Source: Candidatus Eiseniibacteriota bacterium
GTDB taxonomy: Bacteria; Eisenbacteria; RBG-16-71-46
Length of the DNA: 64,000 bases
Direction: 5' to 3'
Assembly (NCBI GenBank): GCA_963717935.1
Contig: CAVQXP010000002.1
Location: forward strand, 160,001 to 224,000
Shown piece after piece: positions 18,353 to 27,616 of this stretch. Positions within the stretch are counted from its first letter, which is position 1, and each line of letters opens with the position of its first letter. The notes under the pieces were generated by a model, which made no database searches, was not told where the DNA came from, and saw only the letters and a list, made by a program, of their open reading frames with translations. The translations under genes were made by a program, and so were the position numbers.

Positions 18353-19573
18353 ATGGGCCTATCGTCCAGACATGATGCGCTCGCTCCGGTGCGCGGTTAC
18401 ACCGCGCGGAAGGAGCACCTGATCGTCGGCCTCATGACCGGCACGTCGGCCGACGCGGTGGACGCGGTGCTGGTGCGCTTCAGCGGCCTCGGGCTCGAGG
18501 CCCGGCACGAGGTGCTGGCGTACCGCGAGACCCCGCTCGAGCCGGCGCTGCGGCGCGAGGTGCTGGAGGTCGCGGCCGCCCTGGAACTGGCGCCCGAGCG
18601 CCTGATGCGCCTGGACGCCGCGCTCGGCGAGCGCTTCGCGGCCGCGGTGCTGGAGTTGCTGGCCGAGGCGAAGGTGGACCGCGGCCGCGTGGACGCCGTG
18701 GGCTCGCACGGGCAGACCGTGCGCCACGTCCCGCGTCACCGGGGTGACGGGCAGGCGCTCACGCTCCAGCTGGGATCGGCCGCGCTGCTCGCCGAGCACA
18801 CCGGCCTGACCGTGGTCTCGGACTTCCGCACGCGCGACACCGCCGCGGGCGGCGAGGGCGCCCCGCTCGTGCCGCTGGCCGACTGGCGGCTCTTCCGCTC
18901 GAAGAGCGAGGCGCGGGCGCTGCTCAACCTGGGCGGGATGGCGAACGTGACCTGGCTCGCGCGCGGCGGGAGCCTGGCCGACGTGCTGGCCTTCGACACG
19001 GGACCGGGCAACTCCGTGCTCGACGCGTTGATGTCGCTCAGGAGCGGCGGGCGCGAGACGCACGACCGCGATGGGGCGGTGGCCGCGCGCGGCCGCGTGA
19101 ACGAGGCCCTGCTGGCCGAGTTGCTCGAGGACCCGTTCTTCGCAATGCCGCCGCCACGCTCGACCGGGCGCGAGCACTTCGGCGACGCCTACGCCGTCCA
19201 ACTGCTCGACCTGGGGCGCTCGCTGGGGCTCTCGGAGGAGGACGTGCTGGCCACGGCCGTGGAGTTGACCGCGGCCTCGGTGGCCGGAGCCCTGCAGCGC
19301 TTCATCGTGCCGCGCGGCCGGCCGGACGCCGTCTACGTGAGCGGGGGCGGGGTGCGCAACCGGACGCTGATGCACGCGCTCGAGCGCCGCATCGCCGGCG
19401 TGAGCCTGCAGCCGCTCGCCGTGCTCGGCGTGCCGCCCGAGGCCAAGGAGGCGCTGGCGTTCGCCTTCCTGGCGCACCAGACGCTCTGCGGGCTGGCGGG
19501 CAACGTCCCCAGCGCCACGGGCGCGGCGCATCCCGTCGTGCTCGGGCACATCACGCCGGGGGCGCTGCGATGA
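18353..19573 (+). CDS. anmK: Anhydro-N-acetylmuramic acid kinase
   Basis: GLMTGTSADAVD, GSHGQT, GGEGAPL, NLGGMAN, FDTGPGN and KEALAFA motifs. Confidence 0.95.
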   Translation: MGLSSRHDALAPVRGYTARKEHLIVGLMTGTSADAVDAVLVRFSGLGLEARHEVLAYRETPLEPALRREVLEVAAALELAPERLMRLDAALGERFAAAVLELLAEAKVDRGRVDAVGSHGQTVRHVPRHRGDGQALTLQLGSAALLAEHTGLTVVSDFRTRDTAAGGEGAPLVPLADWRLFRSKSEARALLNLGGMANVTWLARGGSLADVLAFDTGPGNSVLDALMSLRSGGRETHDRDGAVAARGRVNEALLAELLEDPFFAMPPPRSTGREHFGDAYAVQLLDLGRSLGLSEEDVLATAVELTAASVAGALQRFIVPRGRPDAVYVSGGGVRNRTLMHALERRIAGVSLQPLAVLGVPPEAKEALAFAFLAHQTLCGLAGNVPSATGAAHPVVLGHITPGALR

Positions 19574-20910
19574 GGGCGGCCCTGCGCGCGGCCACCGCCG
19601 GACTGTTGCTGGCGTCCCTCGCGGCGTCGTGCGCCCAGCTGCCACCGCCCCGTCCGGCGCCGCCGCCGCCGGCGGCGATGCCGGGGGAAAAGCCGGCGCC
19701 GCCCGTGGCGCAGGCGCCCGGGCCGCCGCCGCAGCAGCAACAGCCCCCGGGAGAGCCCACCATCTGCGTGGGACTGGCGTGGGATCTGGACAGCCTGCTG
19801 ATCGACGGGGAAGCACTGGGCCTCGGTGCTCCCGGCGTGACCGACCTCCAGGGCATCCCGAGTCCGATCAAGGTGGGCGCCGCCGCGGCCGGCATGCGGT
19901 TCGGAAGGGGGACGGACCCGGTGTCGCTGCTGCCCATCGCGCTCTCGGACACGCTCTGGGTGGCGGCGCGGAGCGGCCCGCTGCGCTGGAACGGGAAGTC
20001 CTGGCGCGGCACCTTCAAGATCTTCCTCAACCCCCGCGGCAGGCTCACGCTCGCGAATCACCTCCCCCTCGAGACCTACCTGCTGGGCGTCGTGCCGGGA
20101 GAGATCGGCGGACTCTCGGAGGCCCTGATCGAGGCCGGGCGCGCGCAGGCCATCGCGGCACGCTCCTACACGCTCTTCTACCGCGGGCGCCGCGCGAGCG
20201 AGGGTTTCGATCTCTACGGCACGGTCGAGGACCAGGTCTACGGCCCGGTCGAAAGCGAGCGCCCGCTGGCGACCCGGTGCGTCGAGCAGACGCGCGGCAA
20301 GGTGGCGCTCTACGACGGCGAGCCGATCCGCGCCAACTACTGTTCCACCTGCGGCGGCGTCAGCGCCGAGGTCTGGGAGGCGTGGCCCGCGGCGGCGCTG
20401 CCCTACCTCGAGAGCCGGCGCGACGGCAGGCGCGGCAGGGAATCCTGCGAGTCGTCGCCGCAGTACCGCTGGCGCGAGCGCTGGAGCGAAGAGGAGTTCC
20501 TCGGCAACCTCGAGCGCTTCGGCCCGGCGCTGAAGCTCCGGCTGCCGCCCGGCGGGCTCGGCGACCTGGTGGACGTGCGGGTCGACGCGCGCTCGCGTTC
20601 AGGCCGGGTCTGGCGGCTGCTCGTGCGGACCACGGCCGGCGACGTGGCGATCCCCGCCTACGCGATCCGGGGAGTCCTGCGGCGTGGCGGGAACCCGGGC
20701 GCCATCCTGCGCTCCACCCTCTTCAAGATCGACGTACGGCGCCACCGGGTCACGGGGCGGGCGATGGAGGTCCTGGCGAGCGGTGCCGGTTCGGGCCACG
20801 GTGTGGGTCTGTGCCAGACGGGCGCGCTGGGGATGGCCCGCGCGGGCGCGAAGGCCGAGGCGATCCTGGAGCACTACTACCCGCACATCGTGCTTGAGCG
20901 GCTCTACTGA
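19570..20910 (+). CDS. SpoIID/LytB-family lytic transglycosylase lipoprotein
   Basis: Lipobox LAASC and Pro-rich linker; YLLGVVPGE, AQAIAARSY, DQVY and GHGVGLCQ motifs. Confidence 0.92.
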   Translation: MRAALRAATAGLLLASLAASCAQLPPPRPAPPPPAAMPGEKPAPPVAQAPGPPPQQQQPPGEPTICVGLAWDLDSLLIDGEALGLGAPGVTDLQGIPSPIKVGAAAAGMRFGRGTDPVSLLPIALSDTLWVAARSGPLRWNGKSWRGTFKIFLNPRGRLTLANHLPLETYLLGVVPGEIGGLSEALIEAGRAQAIAARSYTLFYRGRRASEGFDLYGTVEDQVYGPVESERPLATRCVEQTRGKVALYDGEPIRANYCSTCGGVSAEVWEAWPAAALPYLESRRDGRRGRESCESSPQYRWRERWSEEEFLGNLERFGPALKLRLPPGGLGDLVDVRVDARSRSGRVWRLLVRTTAGDVAIPAYAIRGVLRRGGNPGAILRSTLFKIDVRRHRVTGRAMEVLASGAGSGHGVGLCQTGALGMARAGAKAEAILEHYYPHIVLERLY

Positions 20911-20981
20911 CCGTCGCGGCCGCGCGGTGGTCCTGGTTCACGGTGCCGGAGCCGCTCCCATGAGCTCTGCAGCCCCGGGGA

Positions 20982-21010
20982 TTGACACTGTGGCACGCCG
21001 CGGGTAATGT
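20982..21010 (+). promoter_or_regulatory. Sigma70 promoter of tRNA-Asp
   Basis: TTGACA-N17-TAATGT. Confidence 0.75.
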
Positions 21011-21048
21011 CCCCCGGCTCAAGGGCACACAAGCGGCCCTTTTCCCGC

Positions 21049-21125
21049 GGGGTTGTAGTTCAGTTGGTTAGAACGCCTGCCTGTCACGCAGGAGGTCGCG
21101 GGTTCGAGTCCCGTCAACCCCGCCA
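21049..21125 (+). tRNA. tRNA-Asp(GTC)
   Basis: Acceptor stem GGGGTTG/CAACCCC, anticodon loop CTGTCAC, TTCGAGT T-loop, encoded CCA. Confidence 0.98.
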
Positions 21126-21507
21126 TTCACAGAAGACTTCGGGCCAAGCAAGTACATGTCGCCCCCGTGGGTTACGACCCCCGGGGGCGTTCGTGCGTCC
21201 GGGCCGGTTTGGGAGCATTGAGGAGCGGTTGGGCAGGGAAGGGTGAACCGCGTGGTGGTAGGGTCACCTACGTCCACGACCTCGGACTGGCTTGCGGTGC
21301 CGAGCGGACCCGTATTGTGGAGCAATCACCTTTGGAGAACCAACACGTGCAGGTACGACACGTGCAGGTACGAGATCGACCGTCGCCGACTACAAGCGTC
21401 GCCGTGTATTGCAGGAGCGCCGCTGCTGCCATCGGAGTGTGGGCTCTGCGTTTCGCATGCTTCCAACGCTCAGCCTGTTGGAGTGTCCCCATTCTTCGGG
21501 CCACCGG

Positions 21508-22443
21508 TCATGACAGGGTTCCCGGCGTGATGGGGTGAACTTCGACCGGTTCGTCTTCGACCGCGGCTTCCAAGGTTGCCCCAGGATCCGAGATCTCGAT
21601 CGCCCGCGACTCAGACTTCAGGGCTGCGCGGGCCTCGGCGCCGACCTCGGCCGGCGTTCGATAGCCCAGGCTGCTGTGCGGCCGCTGCGTATTGTACTCC
21701 CACCGCCACTGCTCGATCAGGATGCGTCCCTCGCGCAGATGCGCGAACTCCTCGGCATCGAGGCACTCGCGCCGGAACGTCCCGTTGAAGCTCTCGACGC
21801 TGCCGTTCTGCCACGGCTTGCCCGGGTCGATCGTCGCCGTCTCGCTGTGGTGGAACAACGCCCAGATCCGCAGCGCCCGGGCGATGAACTCGGGTCCGTT
21901 GTCACTGCGCAGGACCTGCGGCGCTCCGTACTGCACGAACAACCGCTCGAGCACCGCGATCACCCGTTCCGCCGTGAGCGACGAGCCCACCTCGATCGCA
22001 TGGCACTCCCGGGTCCACTCGTCCACCACGGTCAGCGCCTTCAACGTCTGCCCGTTTGCACAGGTGTCGTGCACAAAGTCGTAGGCCCAGACCTGGTTCG
22101 CTCCGGTCGGCGCGAGGACACGCGGCTGGCCAGTGCGGATCTTCCGACGTCGCTTCTTGCGCACGTGCAGTCCCAGCACCCGCCAGACCCGGCGCACCCG
22201 CTTCTTGTTCACCGGCGTGCCCGCCCGGCGCAGCAGTGCCCAGGCAAACCGGTGGCCATAGGCCGCATGGGCCGCCGAAATCTGCTCCAGCTTCCCCGCC
22301 AGCTCGGCATCCCGGGCCAGCAGCGTGCTGACGTAGCCCAGGGCCGACCGACTCACTTGCAGCAGCGCACAGGCGCGGCGGACTGATCGCCCTCGTCCCA
22401 CGGCGTAGTCCACCTGTTCGCGGCGAGCCCGTGCGCTCACCAT
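21508..22443 (-). CDS. IS3 transposase OrfB (DDE)
   Basis: WAYDF, RSDNGPEF, PGKPWQNGSVESFN and YNTQRPHSSLG motifs. Confidence 0.95.
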   Translation of the reverse strand: MVSARARREQVDYAVGRGRSVRRACALLQVSRSALGYVSTLLARDAELAGKLEQISAAHAAYGHRFAWALLRRAGTPVNKKRVRRVWRVLGLHVRKKRRRKIRTGQPRVLAPTGANQVWAYDFVHDTCANGQTLKALTVVDEWTRECHAIEVGSSLTAERVIAVLERLFVQYGAPQVLRSDNGPEFIARALRIWALFHHSETATIDPGKPWQNGSVESFNGTFRRECLDAEEFAHLREGRILIEQWRWEYNTQRPHSSLGYRTPAEVGAEARAALKSESRAIEISDPGATLEAAVEDEPVEVHPITPGTLS

Positions 22444-22706
22444 TTTCGGGAGTTGATCTCCTTGAGGATCTCGATATCCAGGTCGCGCTCGGCCACCAGC
22501 TTCTTCAATCGGGCGTTCTCGTGCTGCAGCCGCCGCAGCTCGGCCGCCTGGCTAGCATCGAGCCCGCTGAAGCGCTTGCGCCACCGGAACAGCGTGGTCT
22601 CGGTGATGCCGTGCTTCTTCGCCACCTGGCCGACCGTCACGTCCTCGCGTTCACTCTCACGCACGATGGCGACGATCTGGGCTTCCGTGAACCGGCTCTT
22701 GCGCAT
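22437..22706 (-). CDS. IS3 transposase OrfA (HTH plus leucine zipper)
   Basis: MRKSRFTEAQIV, HGITETTLFRWR and ENARLKKLVAE motifs; overlaps orfB at AAAATGGTGA. Confidence 0.95.
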   Translation of the reverse strand: MRKSRFTEAQIVAIVRESEREDVTVGQVAKKHGITETTLFRWRKRFSGLDASQAAELRRLQHENARLKKLVAERDLDIEILKEINSRKW

Positions 22707-22774
22707 GCAGGATCCTCCGGGGACCGGGGCATCCTGCCATAATCCGTGGCCTCAGGAACGGGGGACACTCCAGG

Positions 22775-23104
22775 CTATGCACAACAGACGACGTAACCGG
22801 CGATGGCATCGGCCCGGTGACCGTGACTGTGCCACCACGCGATCTGGCGCTGGGACTCGTCATCAGCCCCAATCCGGCGTCGGGACCTGTCACACTGGCG
22901 CTTGCAGCACCATCGAGAGACCCGGTGGTAGTCGAGTGTGTTGACGTTGCGGGAAGGCAGGTATTGTCCCGGCGGGTCGAGGGCGGAGCCTACGGTAACC
23001 GTTTGATCCTGACCGAGCTGGACCAGGTGCCTGGCGGCGTCTACGTCGTGATGGCCACGCAGGGGGCTGATAGGGTCGTCCGGCGAATCGTGGTATTGCG
23101 TTGA
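22775..23104 (+). pseudogene. 3' remnant of a secreted protein with a T9SS type-A-like C-terminal sorting domain, truncated by the IS3
   Basis: ISPNPASG, VDVAGRQV, GVYVV and RRIVVLR-stop; the frame is open back to the IS end. Confidence 0.72.
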
Positions 23105-23106
23105 GG

Positions 23107-23241
23107 AACCAACGTGCGGCCATGGCCTTCATCGACCACGTGATCGAGCAGCCCCCCTTCCGCGTGCGGTAGATCCGGACCGATCGCGGGCATGAGTTCC
23201 AAGCCCAATTCCACTGGCACGTCGAGGATCTCGGGGTCCGT
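23107..23241 (+). pseudogene. IS481-family transposase fragment
   Basis: NQRAAMAFIDHVIEQPPFRVR*IRTDRGHEFQAQFHWHVEDLGVR, with an in-frame stop. Confidence 0.75.
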
Positions 23242-23438
23242 CCTCACCGGCCGGCTCCTGCCGGCCGTTTTCGCGTGCCCGGCACGCCCTCCCCACGTCC
23301 TGCCTTCTCCCGGCCGCCCCGCGAAGCCGCGGCGTGCCCGCCTTGCCGGCCTGCCGCGCGGGATCCCTTCCCGGAAGCCGGTGGGCGGTCCGTCCCAAAC
23401 CCGTCCTGGGGTTGCCTTTGGCGCGCTCCGTTTTCCCA

Positions 23439-23466
23439 TTGACGGGGGGGGCGCGCTCCGTATACT
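23439..23466 (+). promoter_or_regulatory. Sigma70 promoter upstream of the acidic protein
   Basis: TTGACG-N16-TATACT; the spacer contains a G run. Confidence 0.7.
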
Positions 23467-23587
23467 GCCGGTGCCTTTTCGCCTGGGCGCGGATTCGCGG
23501 GTGTGCCCGGGCATCCGATGCGCGTCACCAGGCTGGAGCGACGTCAACGGCGCGCGGGTCACGCCAGGGCACATGCCTGAGGGAGTC

Positions 23588-23818
23588 ATGATCAAGAAGA
23601 AGGGGATCCCCGACGACGATTTCGGTCCGATCCCGGACGACGAAGCCGACAAGTACGATGAGGACGAGGAACTCTTCGACAACGACCTCGACGACGACGA
23701 CCTCGACGACGACGACGAGGACGACGACGACGACTTCGATGACGAGTTCGAAGAGGAGGAGTACGACGACGACGAGGACGACCTCGAGGACATGGACGGG
23801 GGGGACAAGGAGCGGTAG
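23588..23818 (+). CDS. Small, highly acidic protein (76 aa; 33 D and 13 E)
   Basis: GAGGGAG RBS and ATG; upstream promoter; GC3-biased codons. Confidence 0.75.
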   Translation: MIKKKGIPDDDFGPIPDDEADKYDEDEELFDNDLDDDDLDDDDEDDDDDFDDEFEEEEYDDDEDDLEDMDGGDKER

Positions 23819-23992
23819 CGAGAAGGGGTCCCCGGGGACCTGAGCGGCGCACGCCGGCTCGCCCGGGCCGGGCGCTGGCGTGTCGCGCGTCCCACCATGC
23901 CGCGGTTCACCTGGAGGGACGATCCCATCATCACGGGCCCTGATCCGGCGTCCGGCCGGTCAGGGCCCTACGTGTCTGCGAGGGGGGGCTGC

Positions 23993-24897
23993 ATGGAACA
24001 TCCCGACTGGCCGACCGGCCTGCCGCTGAACTTCGGCGGGCTCGGCGAGGAGTTCGCGTCGCTCGATCGGGCGCGGGCCATCGTGCTGCCCGTGCCGTAC
24101 GACTTCAGCACGACCTACCAGGGCGGCACGCGCTGGGGCCCGCGCTCCATCCTCTCCGCCTCGCAGAACATGGAGCTCTGGGACGACGAGCTGGGTGCGA
24201 CCTACCGGTCGGGGATCCACACGCTCCCCGAGGTCGAGCCCACCGCGCTGGGCCCGGAGGCCATGGCCGCGCGCGTCGAGCGGGCCGTGGGCTGGATCCT
24301 CGACCAGGCGCGCCTGCCGGCCGTCCTGGGGGTGAGCACAGCATCACCGCGGGCGCGGTGCGGGCCGCCGCGCAGCGCTTCGGCGGCCTCTCGGTGCTGC
24401 AGTTCGACGCGCACGCCGACATGCGCGACTCCTATCTCGACTCGCCGTACAGCCACGCCTGCGTGATGCGTCGCGTGCGCGAGCGCGTCCCGGCCGCGTC
24501 GGTCGGCATCCGCTCCTGCAGCGAGGAGGAGGCCGCCCTGCTGCGCGAACACCCGGTGCCGATCTGGAGCCCGCGCGCCTTCCGGGCGCTGGGAGGTGAC
24601 TGGGAGCCCATCCTCTCCGCGCTGACCGACACGGTCTACGTGACCTTCGACCTCGACGCCCTCGACCCCTCGGTGCTGCCCGGGACCGGCACGCCCGAGC
24701 CCGGTGGCCTCGACTGGTACGAGGCCGTGGACCTCCTGCGCGCCGTGGCCGCCCGCTCCCGCATCGTGGGCTTCGACATCGTGGAACTGGCGCCCATCCC
24801 GGGGCAGGTCGCCTCGGACTTCCTGGCCGCGCGTCTCGCCTACCGGCTCATCGGTCTCGCGCTCGCGAGCCCGGGCGCCGGCGGGCCGAAGACGTAG
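23993..24897 (+). CDS. speB: Agmatinase (ureohydrolase family), frameshift near 24330
   Basis: LG(G)EHS restored by adding one G to the G run; DAHAD, SHA, DLDALDP and PGTGTPEPGGL motifs. Confidence 0.88.
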
Positions 24898-24912
24898 CAT
24901 CGGAGATCCTTC

Positions 24913-26098
24913 ATGACCACTGCGACGAAGCGCCTCGTGCTGCGCAAGAACCAGGACCGCCGCGTGCGCGGAGGGCATCCCTGGATCTTCAGCAACGAGG
25001 TGGCCACGCTCGAGGGCGCGCCCGCGCCCGGAGACCTGGTCGAGGTGGCCGATGTCCGTGGCGCCTTCCTGGGCCGCGCCTACTACAACCCGCAGAGCCT
25101 GATCTGCGCGCGGGTCGTCACGCGCAAGCGCGACGAGGTGGACGCGGATCTCTTCGTGAAGCGCATGGAGCGGGCGGTGCGGCTGCGCGAGGCCGCGCTG
25201 CCGGGCGAGCGCGCACTGCGCGTCGTCTACGGCGAGTCCGACTTCCTCCCCGGCCTGGTCGTGGACCGCTATGGCGACCATCTCGCCGTGCAGGTGCTCA
25301 CGCTCGGCATGGAGGTCAGGCAGGACCTGGTGCGCGAGGCGCTCGAGCGCGTGTTCGCGCCGCGCGGGGTCGTGCGCGTGGCCGATTCGCCGCTGCGCAC
25401 GCTCGAGGGCCTGCCGCTCGAGCGGGGCGTCTGGTGGGGCGACGTGCCGGAACGCGTCGAGGTCGAGTTCGAGGGCTTCCAGCTCGAGGCCGACCTGCTG
25501 CACGGGCAGAAGACCGGGCTCTTCCTCGACCAGCGGCTGAACCGGCGCGTCGCCGAGCCGCGTGCCGCCGGCAAGCGGGTGCTCGACCTCTTCTGCTACC
25601 AGGGCGAGTGGGCGATGCACGCCGCGCGCGGGGGGGCGAGTCTCGGTGCTGGCGGTGGATTCCTCGGAGCCGGCGCTCGCCGCCGCCGCGCGCAACCTCG
25701 AGCGCAACGGCCTCGTGGACCGCGTGGGCCTGAGGCGTGGGGACGTCTTCGACGTGCTGCGCCAGCTCGAGCGGGCGGGGGAGCGCTTCGGGCTCGTGAT
25801 CCTCGACCCACCCGCGCTGGTCAAGTCGCGCAAGCACCTGGCGGCCGGCGCCCGCGCCTACCGCGAGCTGAACCGCGCGGCGATGGCGGTGCTCGAGGAG
25901 GAGGGCGTGCTCATGACCTGCTCGTGCAGCCACCACCTCGACGACGCGCTCTTCCACCAGGTGCTGCTCGAGTCGGCCCGCGCCGCGCACCGGCCGTTCC
26001 GCGTCGTGGAGTGGCGCGCGGAGTCGCCCGACCACCCGCAACTCCTCGCCGTGCCCGAGACGCACTACCTGAAGTGCGCGGTGCTGCAGGCGGTGTAG
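24913..26098 (+). CDS. RlmI-like SAM-dependent rRNA m5C methyltransferase, frameshift near 25635
   Basis: GHPWIFSNE, GQKTGLFLDQR, VLDLFC, ILDPP, TCSCS and ETHYLK motifs; indel at a G homopolymer. Confidence 0.88.
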
Positions 26099-26116
26099 GC
26101 GGCTGGGAGCGCCTGC

Positions 26117-26404
26117 CTACTCCGGCTTCTCGCCCGCCTTCTTCACCTCGTCCAGGTAGTTCATCCGCAGCTCGGTCAGGACCTGCTGGAGCACGCGCGC
26201 CTCGTCGGGCTCGAGGTTGCCGCGGGTGCGCGTCTCGAGGGCGGCCAGCGTGTCGATGGTGTCGCGCGCGGCCTCGAGGTTCTTGTCGATCTGGCGGGTG
26301 AGCGGGTTCATGAGCTTGCCGAGCGCCATCATGCCGCTCTGCTGCAGCCCCAGCAGGAGCTGCAGGAACAGCGCGGCCTGGCGCGAGGGGTTCGTCTCGG
26401 TCAT
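26117..26404 (-). CDS. DUF1844-family protein
   Basis: ALGKLMNP, ARDTIDTL..L..RTRGNL and LRMNY motifs; coupled to mazG. Confidence 0.85.
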   Translation of the reverse strand: MTETNPSRQAALFLQLLLGLQQSGMMALGKLMNPLTRQIDKNLEAARDTIDTLAALETRTRGNLEPDEARVLQQVLTELRMNYLDEVKKAGEKPE

Positions 26405-27237
26405 CGGATCTCTCCTCCGGTCTGCGGTGGCGGGGCCAGGGCCTTGGCCTCCTCCCAGAGCGCGTCCAGTTCCTCGAGCGTGGCCTCGCCCGGACGGCGG
26501 CCCTGGGCGGCCAGCCGGCGTTCGATGTGCTGGAAGCGCTCGCGGAAACGGTGCGTGGCGGCGCGCAGCTCGCGCTCGGGGTCGATGGTGAGATGTCGCG
26601 CCAGGTTCACGACGGCGAACAGCAGGTCGCCGACCTCGCGCGCGAGCGCGGGGTCGGTGTCGCGGCCGAGCTCCTGCTCGAGCTCGCCCAGCTCCTCGTG
26701 GACTTTCGCGAGCGGCCCCGAAGAGTCGGGCCAGTCGAAGCCGACCGCCCCGGCCTTCTCCTGGATCCGGTAGGCGGCGACCAGCGCGGGCAGGCCCTTG
26801 GGCTGCTCGCCCAGCAGCGAGGCCTGGCCGTCCGCGCCGGTCTTCTCGCCCTTCTTGATCTCCTGCCACTGGCGGTAGGCGGCCTCGCCGTCCTTGACCG
26901 CCTCGCCGCCGTAGACGTGCGGGTGCCGGCGGATGAGCTTCGCGGCGGCACGCTCGAAGCCCTCGGCGATCCCGGGCCCGCCCTTCTCGCCGCTCAGTTC
27001 CAGGCAGAACAGGGCAAGGAAGCCGAGGTCGCCCAACTCCTCGACGGTGTGGTCCACGTCGCCCGAGCCGATGGCCTCGCCCGACTCGACGGCCTCCTCG
27101 ACCAGGTAGGGCGTCATGCTCTCGAGGGTCTGCTCGCGGTCCCAGGGGCAGCCCTCGGGGCCACGCAGCCTGCGGCAGACCGCGACCAGATCGGAAAAGG
27201 CCTTCCGCTCGCGCTCGGTGGCTCCAGGATCGCTCAT
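26401..27237 (-). CDS. mazG: Nucleoside triphosphate pyrophosphohydrolase
   Basis: GCPWDREQT, EELGD, KLIRRHPHV, VGFDW and EVGDLLFAVVN motifs. Confidence 0.95.
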   Translation of the reverse strand: MSDPGATERERKAFSDLVAVCRRLRGPEGCPWDREQTLESMTPYLVEEAVESGEAIGSGDVDHTVEELGDLGFLALFCLELSGEKGGPGIAEGFERAAAKLIRRHPHVYGGEAVKDGEAAYRQWQEIKKGEKTGADGQASLLGEQPKGLPALVAAYRIQEKAGAVGFDWPDSSGPLAKVHEELGELEQELGRDTDPALAREVGDLLFAVVNLARHLTIDPERELRAATHRFRERFQHIERRLAAQGRRPGEATLEELDALWEEAKALAPPPQTGGEIR

Positions 27238-27414
27238 GCCTGCAGCATAACGGAGGGCTGCGCGAGCATCCAACGAACAGCCGGTGGGGCTTGGCACCGC
27301 AATGAGCCGCGCGAGGTCCGGGACCGGGAGCCATGCAGCGAACGCCCGCGGGTCGGCCATCCCGCAGGATGCGGGAAGGCCGACATGCGGTAGGCGCCCG
27401 GCGGCGACAGGATG

Positions 27415-27532
27415 TCGCCGCCAGCCGTGTTCGCGGAATGCCGCCCGGTCCCGGACCCCGCCCCCGAGAAAGCTCGCCGCCAGCCGTGTTCGCGGAATGG
27501 CGCCCGGCCCCGGACCCCGCCCCCCGAGAAGG
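27415..27532. repeat. 59-bp tandem duplication in the mazG-alr divergent intergenic region
   Basis: TCGCCGCCAGCCGTGTTCGCGGAATG... at 27415 and 27474, about 3 mismatches. Confidence 0.9.
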
Positions 27533-27616
27533 CGCGCCTTCGTTTGCGCGTCCGCAGACGGCTCCCTATGCTACGTAACTTCTCCGGCGCATCTACGCCT
27601 TTCGCGGGGGATTCGC

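Larger units (their letters stand above)
21479..22772 (-). mobile_element. IS3-family insertion sequence (about 1294 bp)
   Basis: Imperfect terminal inverted repeats of about 39 bp starting TGGAGTGTCCCC at both ends; contains orfA and orfB; no target-site duplication visible. Confidence 0.95.

Noticed and set aside
20991..21006. TGGCACG upstream of tRNA-Asp as a sigma54 promoter
   Set aside because: Lacks the -12 GC and sits inside the spacer of a good sigma70 promoter
21167..21538. Small ORFs between tRNA-Asp and the IS3
   Set aside because: No recognisable motifs, atypical codon usage, and they run into the IS end
21049..23400. Prophage or integrative element at tRNA-Asp
   Set aside because: No integrase and no duplicated tRNA 3' end seen; only IS debris
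23916..23970. GGG-ACGA-TCC hairpin before speB as a guanidine-II riboswitch
   Set aside because: Only one weak ACGR-loop hairpin; the family needs two in tandem
24325..25640. Programmed frameshifting or phase variation in speB and the RlmI-like gene
   Set aside because: Similar indels also break tyrS and PBP1A, so assembly error is more parsimonious; not fully excluded without reads
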